Source: Pelagomonas calceolata | Taxonomy: Eukaryota | Direction of reading: 5' to 3' | DNA: 64,000 bases | Assembly (NCBI GenBank): GCA_918797485.1 | Contig: CAKKNE010000005.1 | Coordinates: forward strand, 1,984,001 to 2,048,000 | Shown: in pieces, positions 62,559-64,000 of the stretch | Layout of the letters: the number at the start of each line of letters is the position of its first letter | Numbering within the stretch: position 1 is the first letter of the stretch | The notes under the pieces: model-generated | Database searches by the model: none | What the model saw: the letters and a program-made list of their open reading frames with translations, nothing else | What the model was told of the DNA's origin: nothing | Translations under genes and position numbers: made by a program

Positions 62559-63776
62559 ATGGGTCTCCTCGCCGCCTCGGACTCAGGCGGCGCGCTCGTC
62601 GTCGGCATTGGCAGCGGCGCCGTGCTCTGGCGCGTGGGAACGGCGACGACGCTGCGCGGTGCCGACGACGAGCGCTGCGTCGCCGTGGCAATAAGTGGAG
62701 ACGGCGCCACGGTCGCGACGGCGTCCGACACGAAGCGCCTGCGCTGCTGGCACGGCGACGGCCTCAGCGAGGCGGAGGCGCCGCGGCGCGTGAGTGGCTT
62801 GTGCATCGCGCCCTACGGCGCCGGCCAGGTCCTGCTGGCGTGCTGCGCCGGCGAGTTGTACGCGTTCCCGCTCCCGGCGCTGGACAAGCCGCCGCGGCGG
62901 CTCCTCGCGCACACGTCGAGCGTCCTGACGGGCGTCAGTTATGCGAATGGCCTCGTCGCGACCGCCGACCGCAACGAGAAGGTGCGGATATCCCAGTTCC
63001 CCCGCTGCGAGGAGATCGAGAGCTTCTGTCTGGGCCACACGGACTTCGTCTCCGGCGTCGAGTTCTTGTCCGGGACGCGGCTCGTGTCCTGCGGCGGCGA
63101 CGGCTATCTGCGGGTCTGGGACGCGGCGACGGGCGACTGCGTCGCCGAGCGGCGCGTCGGCGGCGTGTGCACCTGCCTCGCCGTGTCGACGGCCGCCGTC
63201 GCCGTCGCTACGCAATACTGCCTGAATGTGCACGTCTATCCATTTGTAGAGGGCGTTCTAGCAGAGGAACCGTTTATGCTGGACCAGTGTCCCGACGACG
63301 GCGCGCCGCCGTCGGACCTGTGCTTCCGCGGTCCGTCGCTCGTGGCCCTCTTGCCAGGGGAATGGGAGGGCGGTCCCCTCGTCGAGTGGCCTAGGCCGAC
63401 GGTGCCGCCTGATGAACTGTCCGGCGCTGACGTGGAACATGTGGCCGGGCCGGCGGTGCAGGACGCCGCCGCGGGCCTGGGCGCCGTCGCCCCGTCGGCC
63501 CTCTTCCAGGCGCTCGAGCGCGACCACGCGCACGCGACGCCCGCCCGCGACGGCGACGACGCGGACAAGCCGTCCATCCTGCGCAAGCACGCGCTCGAGG
63601 CGCGCTACGACGTCTCGCAGCTAGGAGTGGTCCCCAAGAAGCAGATCGTCGAGGACATGGCGCGGCGGCGCGGGCGTGAACCCGCTCCAACACCCGAATC
63701 GCCTGCGCCACCACCAGCGCGACGGCGGCGCGGCGGCCGGCGCCACCGGCGCGACGAGCCAGAAAGTAAAGACTAA
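62559..63776 (+). CDS. WDR4: tRNA m7G46 methyltransferase non-catalytic subunit TRM82/WDR4
   Basis: WD40 repeats. LLAHTSSVLT and TADRNEKVRISQFP...IESFCLGHTDFVS...SCGGDGYLRVWD. Confidence 0.9.
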   Translation: MGLLAASDSGGALVVGIGSGAVLWRVGTATTLRGADDERCVAVAISGDGATVATASDTKRLRCWHGDGLSEAEAPRRVSGLCIAPYGAGQVLLACCAGELYAFPLPALDKPPRRLLAHTSSVLTGVSYANGLVATADRNEKVRISQFPRCEEIESFCLGHTDFVSGVEFLSGTRLVSCGGDGYLRVWDAATGDCVAERRVGGVCTCLAVSTAAVAVATQYCLNVHVYPFVEGVLAEEPFMLDQCPDDGAPPSDLCFRGPSLVALLPGEWEGGPLVEWPRPTVPPDELSGADVEHVAGPAVQDAAAGLGAVAPSALFQALERDHAHATPARDGDDADKPSILRKHALEARYDVSQLGVVPKKQIVEDMARRRGREPAPTPESPAPPPARRRRGGRRHRRDEPESKD

Positions 63777-63784
63777 CCACTCTC

Positions 63785-64000
63785 TTAGTAAGAACGCCCC
63801 CAGAGGCACCAGCACGTCGCTTCTTCACCGGTAAAGAAGCACTTGGTACCCGCCGGGAGCGGAGGTTGATCGTGCGGCACGCATAAAGTTTTCGCGGCCA
63901 ATGAGGTCGCCGTCCGTTCATCCTCCGCCTCGAGGCCCAACAGAGCCAGCGACTCTTCCCGCGACCGCTCCTTGACCTGGTCCTCCGCCTCCTGATTCTT
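63785..64000 (-). CDS. ProRS: Prolyl-tRNA synthetase, eukaryote/archaeal type; only the C-terminal end is in the window
   Basis: My translation: ...SLAAKTLCVPHDQPPLPAGTKCFFTGEEATCWCLWGRSY*. AKTLCxP and terminal GRSY are typical of this family. Confidence 0.9.
   Translation of the reverse strand, partial: KNQEAEDQVKERSREESLALLGLEAEDERTATSLAAKTLCVPHDQPPLPAGTKCFFTGEEATCWCLWGRSY

Overview
Gene-dense, GC-rich eukaryotic DNA with short intergenic spacers and few introns. It is most consistent with a pelagophyte-type stramenopile alga; this is inferred from plastid bipartite presequences, a mastigoneme-like protein, CG-rich intron repeats and an expanded MYND-RING-TPR family. There are about 38 protein-coding loci. 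Housekeeping genes include VPS13-like, YJU2B/CCDC130, PEX4, PRP38, RPL19, HCCS, eIF5B, EngB, SSRP1, ARP4, RbfA, TRM82/WDR4 and a partial ProRS; the rest are largely lineage-specific or orphan genes. The main result is a gene the ORF track splits in two (50860..50162, minus strand). It is an ER-type thioredoxin/PDI-fold protein with three in-frame TGA codons at the redox site (G-U-G-U-U) and a clear SECIS hairpin in the 3' UTR, i.e. a triple-selenocysteine selenoprotein. Other points: an oriented bipartite CTAGTGTCTTAC-Nn-CGCTAGC motif upstream of start codons in 11 intergenic regions; a CGCGTCGATGGCG repeat family in introns (introner-like); twin sister introns in SSRP1; a truncated divergent C5 DNA-methyltransferase-like ORF; a tail-anchored PEX4; and several stranded domain fragments (U-box, AAA+ lid, mastigoneme C-terminus). 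All calls are by eye; no searches were run.
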